A DNA stretch of 64,000 nucleotides from contig OZ244046.1 in assembly GCA_965215055.1 (NCBI GenBank), forward strand, positions 1,391,202 through 1,455,201. The letters run 5' to 3'. Below are positions 9,131-19,485 of the stretch, piece after piece. Position 1 is the first letter of the stretch, and every line of letters starts with the position of its first letter. The position numbers and the translations under genes were made by a program. Under the pieces are notes generated by a model that saw only the letters and a list, made by a program, of their open reading frames with translations, was not told the origin of the DNA and ran no database searches. The DNA is from Gammaproteobacteria bacterium (GTDB lineage Bacteria > Pseudomonadota > Gammaproteobacteria > UBA4575).

Positions 9131-10935
9131 ATGGCCGAAACTGATTACATCACTCCGGAAATTGCGGGGACTCTACCTGGCCTGCTGAATGAGCGCATAT
9201 CACGGTCACCTGCTTCAGTGGCGTATGGCTATTATGATGATGAAAAACAAGCTTGGCAGTACTTGAACTGGCAGCAAGTTGCGCAACGGGTCGCCGCCAT
9301 TCAGGCCGCTTTGCGGCAGGAGCAGCTTGTAAAGGGTGACCGTGTTGCCATCATGTTGCGCAATTGCCCCGAGTGGATAGCATTTGATCTTGCAGCACTA
9401 AGTCTGGGTTTGGTTACGGTGCCCTTGTACACCCATGACTCGTTTGAGAACGTAGCTTACGTGGTTCAGGACGCAGGCGTGAGGCTTATGCTTGTTCAAA
9501 ACCGGCGTCAGTGGCGACAGTTAGCACAGACAGGCTTGGGCAGCGACTCATTGCAGCGAGTGGTTACTGTCGAGCCGATTGCTCACCAGGATACCTTGGT
9601 CGTATCCATGCAAATGTGGCTGGCAGGCCACGCGGATGCCAAGTTTCATAGAATCCCCATCGATACGGATGAACTGGCAACGATTATCTATACTTCTGGC
9701 ACAACCGGGCGTCCCAAGGGGGTCATGTTGAGCCACAGAAATATCCTGTCCAATGCGTATGCGGCTTTGCAATGTGCGGATTTCTTCGCGCACGACGTGT
9801 TTTTATCTTTTTTGCCGTTATCTCATGCCTTGGAACGCACCTCAGGTTGTTATCTGCCGATGATGGCGAATGCGAAGGTATATTTTGCGCGTTCGGTGCA
9901 GCAATTGGCGCAAGACATCCAGGAAGTTCGCCCGACCGTGCTTGTATCGGTACCACGCATCTACGAAATGATATATGCAAAGGTCCTCGACTCGTTACGG
10001 CAACAATCTTTATTCGGGCAAAAGATATTTGCATGGACGCAGTACGTCGGCTGGCGTCGGTTTCGGTTCATGTCAGGTAGAGCCGGTTGGCACTGGAGTC
10101 TATTGAGCTGGCCTTTGTTGAACCGCCTGGTTGCCAGAAAGATCAATCAGAAGCTTGGTGGAAGATTGCGCTACGCCATTGCCGGCGGCGCTGCGCTGAG
10201 CAAGACAATTGCAAAGTTTTTTGTCAGCCTGGGTGTACCGCTTTACCAGGGTTATGGGATGACGGAAAGCAGCCCTGTAATCAGTGTCGGCCGACCGCAA
10301 GATAATGATCCGTTCAGTGTTGGCAAGGTGCTGCCAAGCTTGGAAATCAGGGTTACTGAAGATGGCGAGCTGTGCACGCGCAGCGATTGCGTAATGCTGG
10401 GCTATTACAAGAATGAAGATGCTACACGAGAAGTTGTAGACGATGAGGGCTGGTTGCATACGGGAGACATGGCTGCCGTAAGCGATGATGGGTATTTGTA
10501 TATCACGGGCAGAATCAAGGACATCATAGTCCTGGCAAATGCTGAAAAGGTACCACCGCAAGATATGGAGACTGCAATTTGTGCGGATGCTTTGTTTGAT
10601 CAGGTTATGGTGTTGGGTGAGGGTAGGCCTTTTCTGGTAGCCCTGCTGGTATTGCATGAGGCAGAGTGGCGGAAACGGAAGGTACTCTTGGCTTCGATGC
10701 TACGGGAACGGAAAGTTTGCAGTCATCGCGGGCGCGAAAATATATATTGAAGCGTTTGTCAGGTTGCCTAAGGGAGTTTCCCGGTTATGCTCAAATACGA
10801 AGGGTCAGTCTCTATCTTGATCCGTGGACGATTGAGAATGGTTTGCTGACACCGACTCTGAAAATAAAAAGGGCACAACTTCAGCGGCGGTTTGAAAAAG
10901 ATATAGAGGCTATGTACGAATCTCTGGCGCACTGA
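9131..10935 (+). pseudogene. long-chain-fatty-acid--CoA ligase (FadD-like, AMP-binding) with an apparent frameshift near 10670-10690. Genuine pseudogene or sequencing error
   Basis: ORF 9131-10750 carries the AMP-binding signature TSGTTGRPKGVMLSHRN. The conserved C-terminal end (FPGYAQIRRVSL..PWTIENGLLTPTLKIKRAQL) continues in ORF 10666-10935 in another frame. Confidence 0.6.
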
Positions 10936-10976
10936 ATCGCTTTGATGTCATCGGCGGCCAAAAGATTACGCGGGAG

Positions 10977-11504
10977 TCACTGCTTGACCTGTATCAACAT
11001 GGCGTCAATCCCGTTTGTGCGCAAATGCCCGCGTATTTGCTCCAGGTACTGTCGGTTGCTGACAGGACCGATACGTACCCTGTGCCACGTCTCGTTGTTT
11101 ACGCTTACCGACTGAACGTTAGCTGTCACGTTCAGCTGTGCCAAGCGTGTTTTCAGGTTGTCGGCATCATCCAATTGTTGGAATGAACCGACCTGCAACA
11201 GGTATTCTCCGGTAAGTATTGTACGTTCCCTGTGCGCAGGGTTTTTCGTCTCTTCCTCAGGGATTACAACTTCCAGTTCCGGCAATATGGTGTAGAAGTC
11301 GAATGTACGTTGTGCAGGTGGCTTGCCGCTTGTCCCGCCTTGTTCATCATGAGCCGTGGAGCCTGTCTGTAATGGGTCGGCCTGGTGGTCATCGGTGCTT
11401 GTTATCTTTGCAATGCCCAGCCCTATCAGAATACCCAGCGTCAGCCAAATCCAGGCACGGGGATTTCTTTGAGACCGGATCGGTCGTCTCTTTGCGCCGG
11501 ACAT
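10977..11504 (-). CDS. SPOR domain-containing protein (FtsN/DedD-like), N-terminal TM helix
   Basis: C-terminal YLLQVGSF...WHRVRIGP SPOR-like sequence. TM segment WIWLTLGILIGLGIA. Confidence 0.65.
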   Translation of the reverse strand: MSGAKRRPIRSQRNPRAWIWLTLGILIGLGIAKITSTDDHQADPLQTGSTAHDEQGGTSGKPPAQRTFDFYTILPELEVVIPEEETKNPAHRERTILTGEYLLQVGSFQQLDDADNLKTRLAQLNVTANVQSVSVNNETWHRVRIGPVSNRQYLEQIRGHLRTNGIDAMLIQVKQ

Positions 11505-11509
11505 CAGTT

Positions 11510-13261
11510 CTACATGTGCCGAGGAGCGCTTACGTCAAGCAGTGTAAGGCCATTTTGTAATATGATCTGCGTTGCCCGAATCAGTTTGAGACGTGCTTCT
11601 CGCAGTGGCGGATCGTCGACTAAAACCTGGTGAGCGTTGTAGAAACTGTGAAAGGCATTTGCAAGGTCGCGCAAATAGTTGACCATGACGTGAGGAGAAA
11701 GCTGCTCAGCTGCCGTTAGAACCTTCTCCGGAAATTGATCCAGGTGCTTTATCAAATCCAGCTCCTGTTCTTCAGCCAGAAGGGCTGCATCCGCTTTAAC
11801 GAGATTGTGTTCCCGGCCACCGGCCTGCCCAAAAATGCTGCAAATTCTTGCATGTGCATATTGTACATAATAAACGGGGTTGTCTTGTGTTTGTGAAGTC
11901 GCCAAGTCCAGGTCAAAATCCAGGTGCTGTTCACACCTGCGCATCACGTAAAAAAAACGCGCGGCATCTTTGCCAATCCGTTTTCGCAATTGGCGCAAGG
12001 TGATGAATTCACCAGCGCGGGTAGACATGGCAAGTTTGTTTTTGCCTTCATACAAATTTGCAAACTGTACCAACAGGATACGCAGCCGGTTTGAATCTTT
12101 GCCAAGTGCCCCGACAGCAGCTTTTACACGTGCAATGTAGCCGTGATGGTCAGCACCCCATACGTCAATCAGTTGATCAAACCCGCGTTCATATTTTTCC
12201 AGATGATAGGCAACGTCTGATGCGAAATAGGTGGTTTGGCCGTTTTTACGTACCAGCACCCGGTCCTTCTCGTCACCAAATGCAGTGCTGCGAAACCAAA
12301 GTGCACCATCTTTGTTATACGTGTGGCCGCTATGAGTTAATTTGTCAAGCGCAGTCTGTACTTTGTTCTCCGTTACCAAGGTTCGCTCTGAGTACCAGTT
12401 GTCAAAATATACCCCGAAGTGTTCCAAATCATCCTTGATATCGTCAGTGATAATATCCAGTGCGCGTTTGCCGAAGGTTGCATAATCAGACTCGCCAAGT
12501 AATTCTTTGGCTATGTTGATAATGGCGTTTATGTAAGCCTCTTGATCCTTGTCTTGCAATTCATGCGGGTCCGGTAGCCGTGGTAGCCAAGTCTGTACCG
12601 GATGGTGGAATTGATTTTCATATTCCCTGTGCAGGGAGGCGGCGATGTCCCAAATATAGTCGCCCTGGTAGGCGTTGTCTGGAAAGGCAAGTGTTTCACC
12701 ACACAATTCCAGGTATCTCAGCCACACCGACGTCGTCAGAATATCAATCTGTCGGCCCGTATCGTTTACGTAGTATTCGCGATAGACTTCGTAACCAACC
12801 GCTTCAAGTAAATTGGCGATAGTCGCCCCGTAAGCGGCGCCGCGTCCGTGACCGACGTGTAAAGGACCTGTGGGGTTTGCGGAGACGAATTCGATCTGTA
12901 TCTTGTTACTGGCGTATTTGTCCGTGCTGCCGAAGCTGTCTTTTTTACTCAAGATTTGATTGAGAGTCTCGCCGTGAAGTCCGGTGTGCACGTGGAAGTT
13001 GAGAAACCCTGCACCTGCGATTTCGATTTTGGCGATTGCATCATCATCGGGTATGTGGTTGACAATCTTTTCTGCCATCTTGCGCGCCGGCACGTTCATG
13101 CGCCCCGCAAGTTGTAATGCCAGGTTGCTGGCGAAATCGCCATGGGCCTTGTCCTTGCTGCGCGTAACATGGATATCGATTTTTACATCTGCCGGCAGGT
13201 CGCCCCGAGCCTGCAAGCTGGATACGGCGTCCCGCAATAATTGAATAATGTGTAATTGCAT
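11510..13261 (-). CDS. argS: arginine--tRNA ligase
   Basis: Class I HIGH motif SANPTGPLHVGHGRGAAYG. Full-length ArgS-like, 583 aa. Confidence 0.95.
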   Translation of the reverse strand: MQLHIIQLLRDAVSSLQARGDLPADVKIDIHVTRSKDKAHGDFASNLALQLAGRMNVPARKMAEKIVNHIPDDDAIAKIEIAGAGFLNFHVHTGLHGETLNQILSKKDSFGSTDKYASNKIQIEFVSANPTGPLHVGHGRGAAYGATIANLLEAVGYEVYREYYVNDTGRQIDILTTSVWLRYLELCGETLAFPDNAYQGDYIWDIAASLHREYENQFHHPVQTWLPRLPDPHELQDKDQEAYINAIINIAKELLGESDYATFGKRALDIITDDIKDDLEHFGVYFDNWYSERTLVTENKVQTALDKLTHSGHTYNKDGALWFRSTAFGDEKDRVLVRKNGQTTYFASDVAYHLEKYERGFDQLIDVWGADHHGYIARVKAAVGALGKDSNRLRILLVQFANLYEGKNKLAMSTRAGEFITLRQLRKRIGKDAARFFYVMRRCEQHLDFDLDLATSQTQDNPVYYVQYAHARICSIFGQAGGREHNLVKADAALLAEEQELDLIKHLDQFPEKVLTAAEQLSPHVMVNYLRDLANAFHSFYNAHQVLVDDPPLREARLKLIRATQIILQNGLTLLDVSAPRHM

Positions 13262-13334
13262 CAGAAAAGCCGGTTAACCGGAAAGGCGTTGCATTATACC
13301 TGTTGCTTTTGTATGCGACTTGCCATCTTCTTTT

Positions 13335-15353
13335 TTACTCCATTTCCAGCGGGTCTACTTCAATGTTCCAGCGGACTCGCTTGGCGAGGGGGCGTTGTTG
13401 AATAATGTGCGCCCAGTTGCCCAGTTGTTGCTGCATGACTTTTCTACTGGGAGAGGTGAGGATCAGTTGGCTTTGATACATTCCAGCTTTGCGTGCCAAC
13501 AAGGCTGGAATAGGCCCCATGATTTTGAGTCGGGATGAGTTTTTTGCGGACATTAAGTTTTTGACGTCTTGCAAGAATCGTTGTTGCAGGTTTTTCTGGC
13601 GTGCGCGTGCATGTATCAAGGTCATGCAAGTATAGGGAGGTAGCGCACAGCCCTTGCGCGTTTTCAAGGCCTCTTCGGAAAAGACGTCATAACCATCGGC
13701 CAGCAAGCGAGTAAGTAACGGATGCTCGGGTTGATGAGTCTGTAATAATACCTTTCCCTTGTCAGCCCCGCGGCCTGCTCTGCCAGCGACTTGTATTACC
13801 AACTGTGCAAGGCGTTCCATGGCGCGGAAATCCGTGCTGAATAAACCATGATCAACATTGAGAATGCCCACCAGCGTTACCTTCGGAAAGTCATGGCCTT
13901 TGGACAGCATTTGTGTGCCAATGATGATTTGATACTTGCCGCGATGGATATCATCCAGCTTGGTTTGTAATGCATGCTTTTTGCGGGTGCTGTCGCGATC
14001 AATTCGGGTAACGGCTGTGTCGGGAAATAGTTTTCTCAGCTTGTTTTCAATTCGCTGTGTGCCTTCTCCCAGCCATAGCAGGTTGTTGCGGCGGCATTGT
14101 GGGCATGTATCGGGGGCATCCTCTTCTTTCAGGCAATAATGACACTTCATGATTTTTCGCTTTTTATAGAAGGTCATTCGAGCGTCGCAGCGCGAGCATT
14201 CGGCTATCCAGCTACAATCCTGACAAAATAAGACGGGCGCATAGCCGCGACGATTCAAGAAAAGCAGAACTTGGCGTTTTTTACTCAACTCGGACTCGAT
14301 CGCTTCCAGAAGATCAATGGATAAGCCTCCGGAAGCCATCCTGGTGCGCATGTCAATCAGTTCTACCTGCGGGATTTCCGCCTGCCGGGCACGTTGGCTA
14401 AGTACCAGTTTTTGATATTTTTTTGTATTGACATTGTGCTGGCTTTCAAAGGAAGGGGTTGCACTACCCAGAATGATGGGGATTGATGCGCGTTTGGCGC
14501 GATAGACGGCGATATCGCGGGCATGATACAAGAATCCTTCCTGTTGTTTGAATGACAGGTCGTGTTCTTCATCAACAATAATCAAACCAAGATTTTTGAA
14601 AGGTAAAAAAACGGCAGAGCGTGTCCCTACGATTATTTGTGTCGTTCCGTTACTGGCTGCAAGCCAAGCCTGGGCGCTTTCACTTGCGTTCAGGTTCGAG
14701 TGCATTACGGCAATCTGTCCTCCCAGCCTTGCCTTGATGCGTCGTACCAGTTGCAGGGTCAGTCCGATTTCAGGTACAAGAATGAGGACTTGTCTGTCGC
14801 TGCGAATCACGTCTTTGGCCAAGGCAAGATAAACCTCGGTTTTACCACTGCCGGTAACTCCGGCAAGCAAATAGCTGTTGAACTCGTTCAGTCTTTTTTG
14901 AATTTGAGTATAGGCGCGTTGTTGCTCTTCATTAAGGGTAAGGCGTTGTAAAGAATGGCTCGGAATTGTGTCATTACGGCTTCGATAGAAAATCTTGCCT
15001 GGTGATGTAATGAATTGCCTATTGCGCAATGTTCTGGGCATTGCAGCACCAAGTACTTCCCCTAATGGTTGCTGGTAATAACTGGCGACCCAAAATAGTA
15101 CCTCCAGCAAAGGCTGATCGAGCACGGGCTGCTCGTCAAGAATTTTGGTAACGGTTCTCAGTTTACTGAGTGGCAGGGCACTGTGGTCGCTCTTGTCAAT
15201 GACGATACCGGTAAGTGTACGTTGCCCGAACGGTACTTGTACGCGCACGCCGATTTCAATACTATCGGTGGCCGGTTTTTCAGGTGCCAGGTATTCAAAG
15301 TTTTGGTATAGTGGTACAGGCAGTGCAATTTGCAGAATGGACGCTGATTTCAT
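13335..15353 (-). CDS. priA: primosomal protein N' (replication restart helicase)
   Basis: Walker A GVTGSGKT, DEEH box, Cys4-type zinc-finger region CQDCSWIAECSRCDARMTF...CHYC...CPQC. Confidence 0.95.
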   Translation of the reverse strand: MKSASILQIALPVPLYQNFEYLAPEKPATDSIEIGVRVQVPFGQRTLTGIVIDKSDHSALPLSKLRTVTKILDEQPVLDQPLLEVLFWVASYYQQPLGEVLGAAMPRTLRNRQFITSPGKIFYRSRNDTIPSHSLQRLTLNEEQQRAYTQIQKRLNEFNSYLLAGVTGSGKTEVYLALAKDVIRSDRQVLILVPEIGLTLQLVRRIKARLGGQIAVMHSNLNASESAQAWLAASNGTTQIIVGTRSAVFLPFKNLGLIIVDEEHDLSFKQQEGFLYHARDIAVYRAKRASIPIILGSATPSFESQHNVNTKKYQKLVLSQRARQAEIPQVELIDMRTRMASGGLSIDLLEAIESELSKKRQVLLFLNRRGYAPVLFCQDCSWIAECSRCDARMTFYKKRKIMKCHYCLKEEDAPDTCPQCRRNNLLWLGEGTQRIENKLRKLFPDTAVTRIDRDSTRKKHALQTKLDDIHRGKYQIIIGTQMLSKGHDFPKVTLVGILNVDHGLFSTDFRAMERLAQLVIQVAGRAGRGADKGKVLLQTHQPEHPLLTRLLADGYDVFSEEALKTRKGCALPPYTCMTLIHARARQKNLQQRFLQDVKNLMSAKNSSRLKIMGPIPALLARKAGMYQSQLILTSPSRKVMQQQLGNWAHIIQQRPLAKRVRWNIEVDPLEME

Positions 15354-15588
15354 GGTAATCGTTGACGAAGCAGCCCTTCGGGATAGACGCGCGGTCAGCC
15401 CACTCTACTTTCTCGTAGCACCTGTGAGACTTCTAACAGACATCTGATTTGGCAGCTTTTCACCAGGTGTGCAGGGCTGAGGCCGGTTCAACCCTTGTCA
15501 GGGGCAGTTCTTTGTTTGTGCTGACGCAGCAATCATAGCACAAGCTTTTATCGTGGTTTTGTGGGAAAATAAAAGGTAACGTATCTTC

Positions 15589-17016
15589 ATGTCTGAACTC
15601 CCCGGCGAGCCTGATCAGTTCCAAATATTTGTTATTTTCCGAGTGAGACCTTTTTCAAGCATGACTCAAAAAGCTGTTCATCTGTTCGTTCTGGGTTGCC
15701 TGCTGTGTTTTGCAACGGCAACTACCGCCGCGCTGCCCGTCAGTGTTGATGGACAACCATTGCCTACCTTGGCATCCATGCTGGAGAGAACTACGCCCGC
15801 TGTAGTAAATATTTCTACTACCGGAAAGGCCGTGGTGCGTGATCCGTTTTTTGATGATCCGTTCTTTCGCCGCTTTTTTGATATGCCGGAACGACGACGG
15901 GAAAGACGCGTCAAGGGGCTTGGGTCGGGGGTAATTATTGATGCGGATAATGGCTACATTGTAACCAATTCACATGTAATTGATAAGGCCGAAGACATCG
16001 TTGTGACACTGGAAGATGGCCAGCGATTTGATGCCCAAGTCATCGGTAAAGATGCTGGTGCCGATATTGCCGTGATTAAAATTGAAGCGAAACGTTTGCA
16101 GGAAATTTCACTGGGTGATTCCGATGACTTGCGGCAGGGGGATTTTGTCGTGGCGATTGGAAATCCGTTTGGCCTGGGGCAGACCGTAACCTCGGGAATT
16201 GTCAGTGCCCTGGGACGTAGTGGACTTGGTATAGAGTCTTATGAGGACTTTATTCAAACCGATGCTTCTATCAACCCTGGAAACTCCGGCGGCGCCCTGG
16301 TGAATTTACGCGGTGAACTGGTTGGTATCAACACTGCTATTTATGCACCCAGTGGCGGCAATATCGGGATTGGTTTTGCAATTCCCGTCAACATGGCTCA
16401 ACAGATTACGGCACAGTTGATCGAACATGGTGAAGTGAGACGCGGTCGTCTGGGCCTGGTTGCGCAAGATCTGACTCCTGAATTGGCGGAAGCCTTTGGC
16501 ATATCCCGCAACAAGGGTGTTGTAGTGGCGCGGGTGGAAACGAGTTCTCCAGCAGACAAGGCGGGTATTCAGGTAGGAGACGTCATAGTTGCGGTAAACA
16601 AAAGCAAAGTGGAAAGTGCGGCGCAGGTGCGTAATGCAATTGGCCTGTTGCGCATTGGCAATCGAGTTAATATCAAGATATTACGCGATGGTAAGTCCAA
16701 ATCGCTCACCGCTGTCATTGAAGAAAAAGTCAAAAAGAACATTAGCGGGGAATCCCTCAGCAGTAAATTGACCGGGGTGGAATTCAGGCAAGTCCCGGAA
16801 AACGCCGCTCGTGGCACTGCTGCTGGTATAGAGGTCGTGCGCGTAAGTGGAAGGGCGCGCTCGGCAGGGCTGCGAAGAGGCGACATTATTATCAGCGTGA
16901 ATAGAAAGCGCGTGAAAACCATTCGCGACATGAAGGCCGCAATCAAGAAGAATCCGAGTGCGATATTGCTGAATATCCAGCGGGATATGCAAGGCCTGTT
17001 TATTCTTATTCGCTAA
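15589..17016 (+). CDS. periplasmic serine endoprotease DegP/DegQ/MucD family with two PDZ domains. Likely true start ~15661 (MTQKAVHLF signal peptide)
   Basis: Catalytic triad motifs NSHVI, D, GNSGGALVN. Two PDZ-like segments. Confidence 0.9.
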   Translation: MSELPGEPDQFQIFVIFRVRPFSSMTQKAVHLFVLGCLLCFATATTAALPVSVDGQPLPTLASMLERTTPAVVNISTTGKAVVRDPFFDDPFFRRFFDMPERRRERRVKGLGSGVIIDADNGYIVTNSHVIDKAEDIVVTLEDGQRFDAQVIGKDAGADIAVIKIEAKRLQEISLGDSDDLRQGDFVVAIGNPFGLGQTVTSGIVSALGRSGLGIESYEDFIQTDASINPGNSGGALVNLRGELVGINTAIYAPSGGNIGIGFAIPVNMAQQITAQLIEHGEVRRGRLGLVAQDLTPELAEAFGISRNKGVVVARVETSSPADKAGIQVGDVIVAVNKSKVESAAQVRNAIGLLRIGNRVNIKILRDGKSKSLTAVIEEKVKKNISGESLSSKLTGVEFRQVPENAARGTAAGIEVVRVSGRARSAGLRRGDIIISVNRKRVKTIRDMKAAIKKNPSAILLNIQRDMQGLFILIR

Positions 17017-17064
17017 TCGTGAAGGACGTTGTTCAGGCGTGAAAATTTTTATAGAGTAGTCTTT

Positions 17065-17298
17065 TCAACCGCCTGTAACAGGAGGGAAAAATGCAACTTC
17101 ATCTCCTTCCTTCACTTCTTTGCTGAAGTCGGCATATTCATGGTTGACCGCGACCAGGAGTCGCTCTGGTCGCTCCATGTTATTTGTTGCCTGCCGCCAA
17201 ATTTTTTCAACTGTCGTGGTTCCGGTGATTAACAAATGGTCGCTATCTCGTCCCATGGTTTCCCGCAGGCTGGCAAAGTACTTTACATGTACAGTCAT
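17065..17298 (-). CDS. moaD: molybdopterin synthase sulfur-carrier subunit
   Basis: 77 aa ending FPPVTGG. Confidence 0.8.
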   Translation of the reverse strand: MTVHVKYFASLRETMGRDSDHLLITGTTTVEKIWRQATNNMERPERLLVAVNHEYADFSKEVKEGDEVAFFPPVTGG

Positions 17299-17387
17299 TT
17301 TTCAGATACGGTAGCCGAATGCTTATACTACTTGTAAAACTAAATGGTACCATCGCATGGCAATGAAGGCAGCATGGCAGGCACATC

Positions 17388-17867
17388 GTGAGAAAATTCA
17401 CGCATTTTAATCAAGCGGGCGAGGCGCACATGGTGGACGTGGGCGAAAAAACCGTCAGCCACCGGGTTGCAATAGCCGGGGGACGCATCCGTATGCAGGC
17501 GGAAACGCTGCAACAGGTACAAAACAGGGGGCATAAGAAAGGTGATGTCCTTGGCGTAGCGCGTATTGCCGGTATTATGGCGGCCAAGAGAACGTCGGAA
17601 CTGGTGCCGTTGTGTCACCCTTTGTCATTGACTACTGTGGAGATCGAGTTCGACATTGAACAGGCATCTGCCTCGATATATTGCAGGGCAACCACGGAAA
17701 CCCATGGCCCAACTGGTGTGGAAATGGAAGCTCTTACGGCAGTGCAGATCGCCTTGTTGACGATTTACGATATGTGTAAAGCCGTTGACCGAGGCATGAT
17801 CTTACAAGATATCAAATTACTGAAAAAAACAGGTGGGACGTCTGGCACGTGGGTGTGCAAGGACTAG
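17388..17867 (+). CDS. moaC: cyclic pyranopterin monophosphate synthase
   Basis: Conserved MoaC sequence ([13 protein letters not shown]). Confidence 0.9.
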   Translation: MRKFTHFNQAGEAHMVDVGEKTVSHRVAIAGGRIRMQAETLQQVQNRGHKKGDVLGVARIAGIMAAKRTSELVPLCHPLSLTTVEIEFDIEQASASIYCRATTETHGPTGVEMEALTAVQIALLTIYDMCKAVDRGMILQDIKLLKKTGGTSGTWVCKD

Positions 17868-17889
17868 TTTGTTTTAGTCTTGCAAAAGC

Positions 17890-18951
17890 ATGCCGATGAA
17901 TGAATCTTTCAGCGATCGGATTCTGACGTGGTTCGATCAATATGGCCGTAAAGATTTGCCTTGGCAGCGTGGTCGAAGCCCTTATGGTATCTGGGTTTCC
18001 GAGATCATGTTGCAGCAGACACGTGTTGAAACCGTAATTCCATATTATGAGAAATTCATACGCAGGTTTGCAAACGTGGAACAGCTTGCGCATGCACCAC
18101 TTGATGAAGTGTTACACCATTGGACGGGTCTAGGCTACTATGCGCGGGCAAGGAATTTGCACAAGGCTGCCAGGCAGCTATGCGAGAAACATCATGGTGT
18201 TTTCCCGCAAACCTTTGATGAAGTCGTTGCGCTGCCAGGTGTTGGTCGTTCTACGGCCGCCGCAATCTTGGCCCTGAGCTTTGATCAGCGGCACGCCATT
18301 TTGGACGGCAATGTAAAGCGTGTGTTGACCAGGTATTTTGCGGTAACGGGTTGGCCTGGTAATCGCTCAATTGAAACAAAACTCTGGCAACACGCGGAAT
18401 CATTATTGCCACAAAATGAGGTTGGGCGGTATACGCAGGCGATGATGGATTTGGGGGCTACACTGTGCACGCGCACCAATCCGGGTTGTGCAGGTTGCCC
18501 GATTCGTTTCGGGTGCATGGCCTTTAGGCAGCAACGTCAGTTGGAATTTCCTACTCCGAAACCTGTGCGAAATTTGCCCCGCCGTAAAGTGCTGGTTGCC
18601 CTGCTTCAAAATCGCGAAGGCGAAGTGTGGCTGGAAAAACGCCCGCCCGTCGGTATTTGGGGAGGTCTGTACAGCTTCCCTGAATTTGTGGATGAATCCA
18701 GTATGCAGAGATGGCTTGAGAAAACATGCAAAATGGGTCGTTCTAAAGTTACCGTATTGCCGACTGTCACCCATATTTTTTCTCACTTTCAACTGCACAT
18801 GTATCCAAAACTGGTGCAACTGCAACGATTTCCCAACGTTGTGATGGAAGACGGCCTCGGGGTTTGGTATAAAGGCGGTGAACAAAAAATTGGATTGGCA
18901 TCGCCGATCAAGAAGACCTTACGACTGGTAACAGAAGGGAGACTCCCATGA
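17890..18951 (+). CDS. mutY: A/G-specific adenine DNA glycosylase
   Basis: HhH-GPD and 4Fe-4S cluster loop [18 protein letters not shown]-terminal NUDIX-like domain. Confidence 0.9.
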   Translation: MPMNESFSDRILTWFDQYGRKDLPWQRGRSPYGIWVSEIMLQQTRVETVIPYYEKFIRRFANVEQLAHAPLDEVLHHWTGLGYYARARNLHKAARQLCEKHHGVFPQTFDEVVALPGVGRSTAAAILALSFDQRHAILDGNVKRVLTRYFAVTGWPGNRSIETKLWQHAESLLPQNEVGRYTQAMMDLGATLCTRTNPGCAGCPIRFGCMAFRQQRQLEFPTPKPVRNLPRRKVLVALLQNREGEVWLEKRPPVGIWGGLYSFPEFVDESSMQRWLEKTCKMGRSKVTVLPTVTHIFSHFQLHMYPKLVQLQRFPNVVMEDGLGVWYKGGEQKIGLASPIKKTLRLVTEGRLP

Positions 18952-19223
18952 CGCGCACGGTACAATGCGTGAAGCTCGGTAGAGAAGCCGAGGGCTTGGA
19001 ATATATGCCATATCCCGGGGAATTGGGCCAGAAGATTTATGATAGTGTTTCGAAAGAAGGCTGGGAAATGTGGGTCAATCATCAAACGATGCTGATGAAC
19101 GAATACAGGCTCACTCCCGTTGACCCGAAAGCGCGTAAATTCCTGGAAGAGGAAATGGAAAAGTTCTTTTTTGGTGAAGGCTCGGCAAGGCCAAAAGAGT
19201 TTGTCGACCCCAATGCTCAATAA
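18948..19223 (+). CDS. yggX: Fe(2+)-trafficking protein YggX
   Basis: 91 aa [31 protein letters not shown]. Classical mutY-yggX pairing. Confidence 0.9.
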   Translation: MTRTVQCVKLGREAEGLEYMPYPGELGQKIYDSVSKEGWEMWVNHQTMLMNEYRLTPVDPKARKFLEEEMEKFFFGEGSARPKEFVDPNAQ

Positions 19224-19303
19224 CGAGCACACGTCGAGCAGGCATTGACATCTCATATACAGGCTCGTCTAATTGCGCGCTACAAACTATCCTTCTGATA
19301 TCT

Positions 19304-19379
19304 GGCCAGGTAGCTCAGTCGGTAGAGCAGTGGACTGAAAATCCTCGTGTCGGTGGTTCGATTCCGCCCCTGGCCACCA
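19304..19379 (+). tRNA. tRNA-Phe (anticodon GAA)
   Basis: 76-nt cloverleaf GGCCAGGTAGCTCAGTCGGTAGAGCAGTGGACTGAAAATCC..GGTTCGATTCC..CCTGGCCACCA, close to E. coli tRNA-Phe. Confidence 0.9.
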
Positions 19380-19485
19380 TATAATCAAATGTATCTATAC
19401 GAGCTTGAAACTATTCAGATGTATTTATAGCCATATTATTCACTCCCTGATTTTCTCTTACATCCCCATAACACGTGAATGATGT

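Noticed and set aside
9131-10935. Possibility that the two fadD ORFs represent programmed frameshifting
   Set aside because: No slippery heptamer or stimulatory structure obvious at the junction. An indel (mutation or error) is the simpler explanation.
15589-15660. N-terminal extension of the DegP-like ORF (MSELPGEPDQ...)
   Set aside because: The signal peptide begins at the internal Met (~15661). The extension is probably untranslated leader.
19380-19485. Possible genomic-island attachment site at tRNA-Phe
   Set aside because: No integrase, no 3'-tRNA direct repeat downstream. The following RND efflux operon looks like ordinary chromosome.
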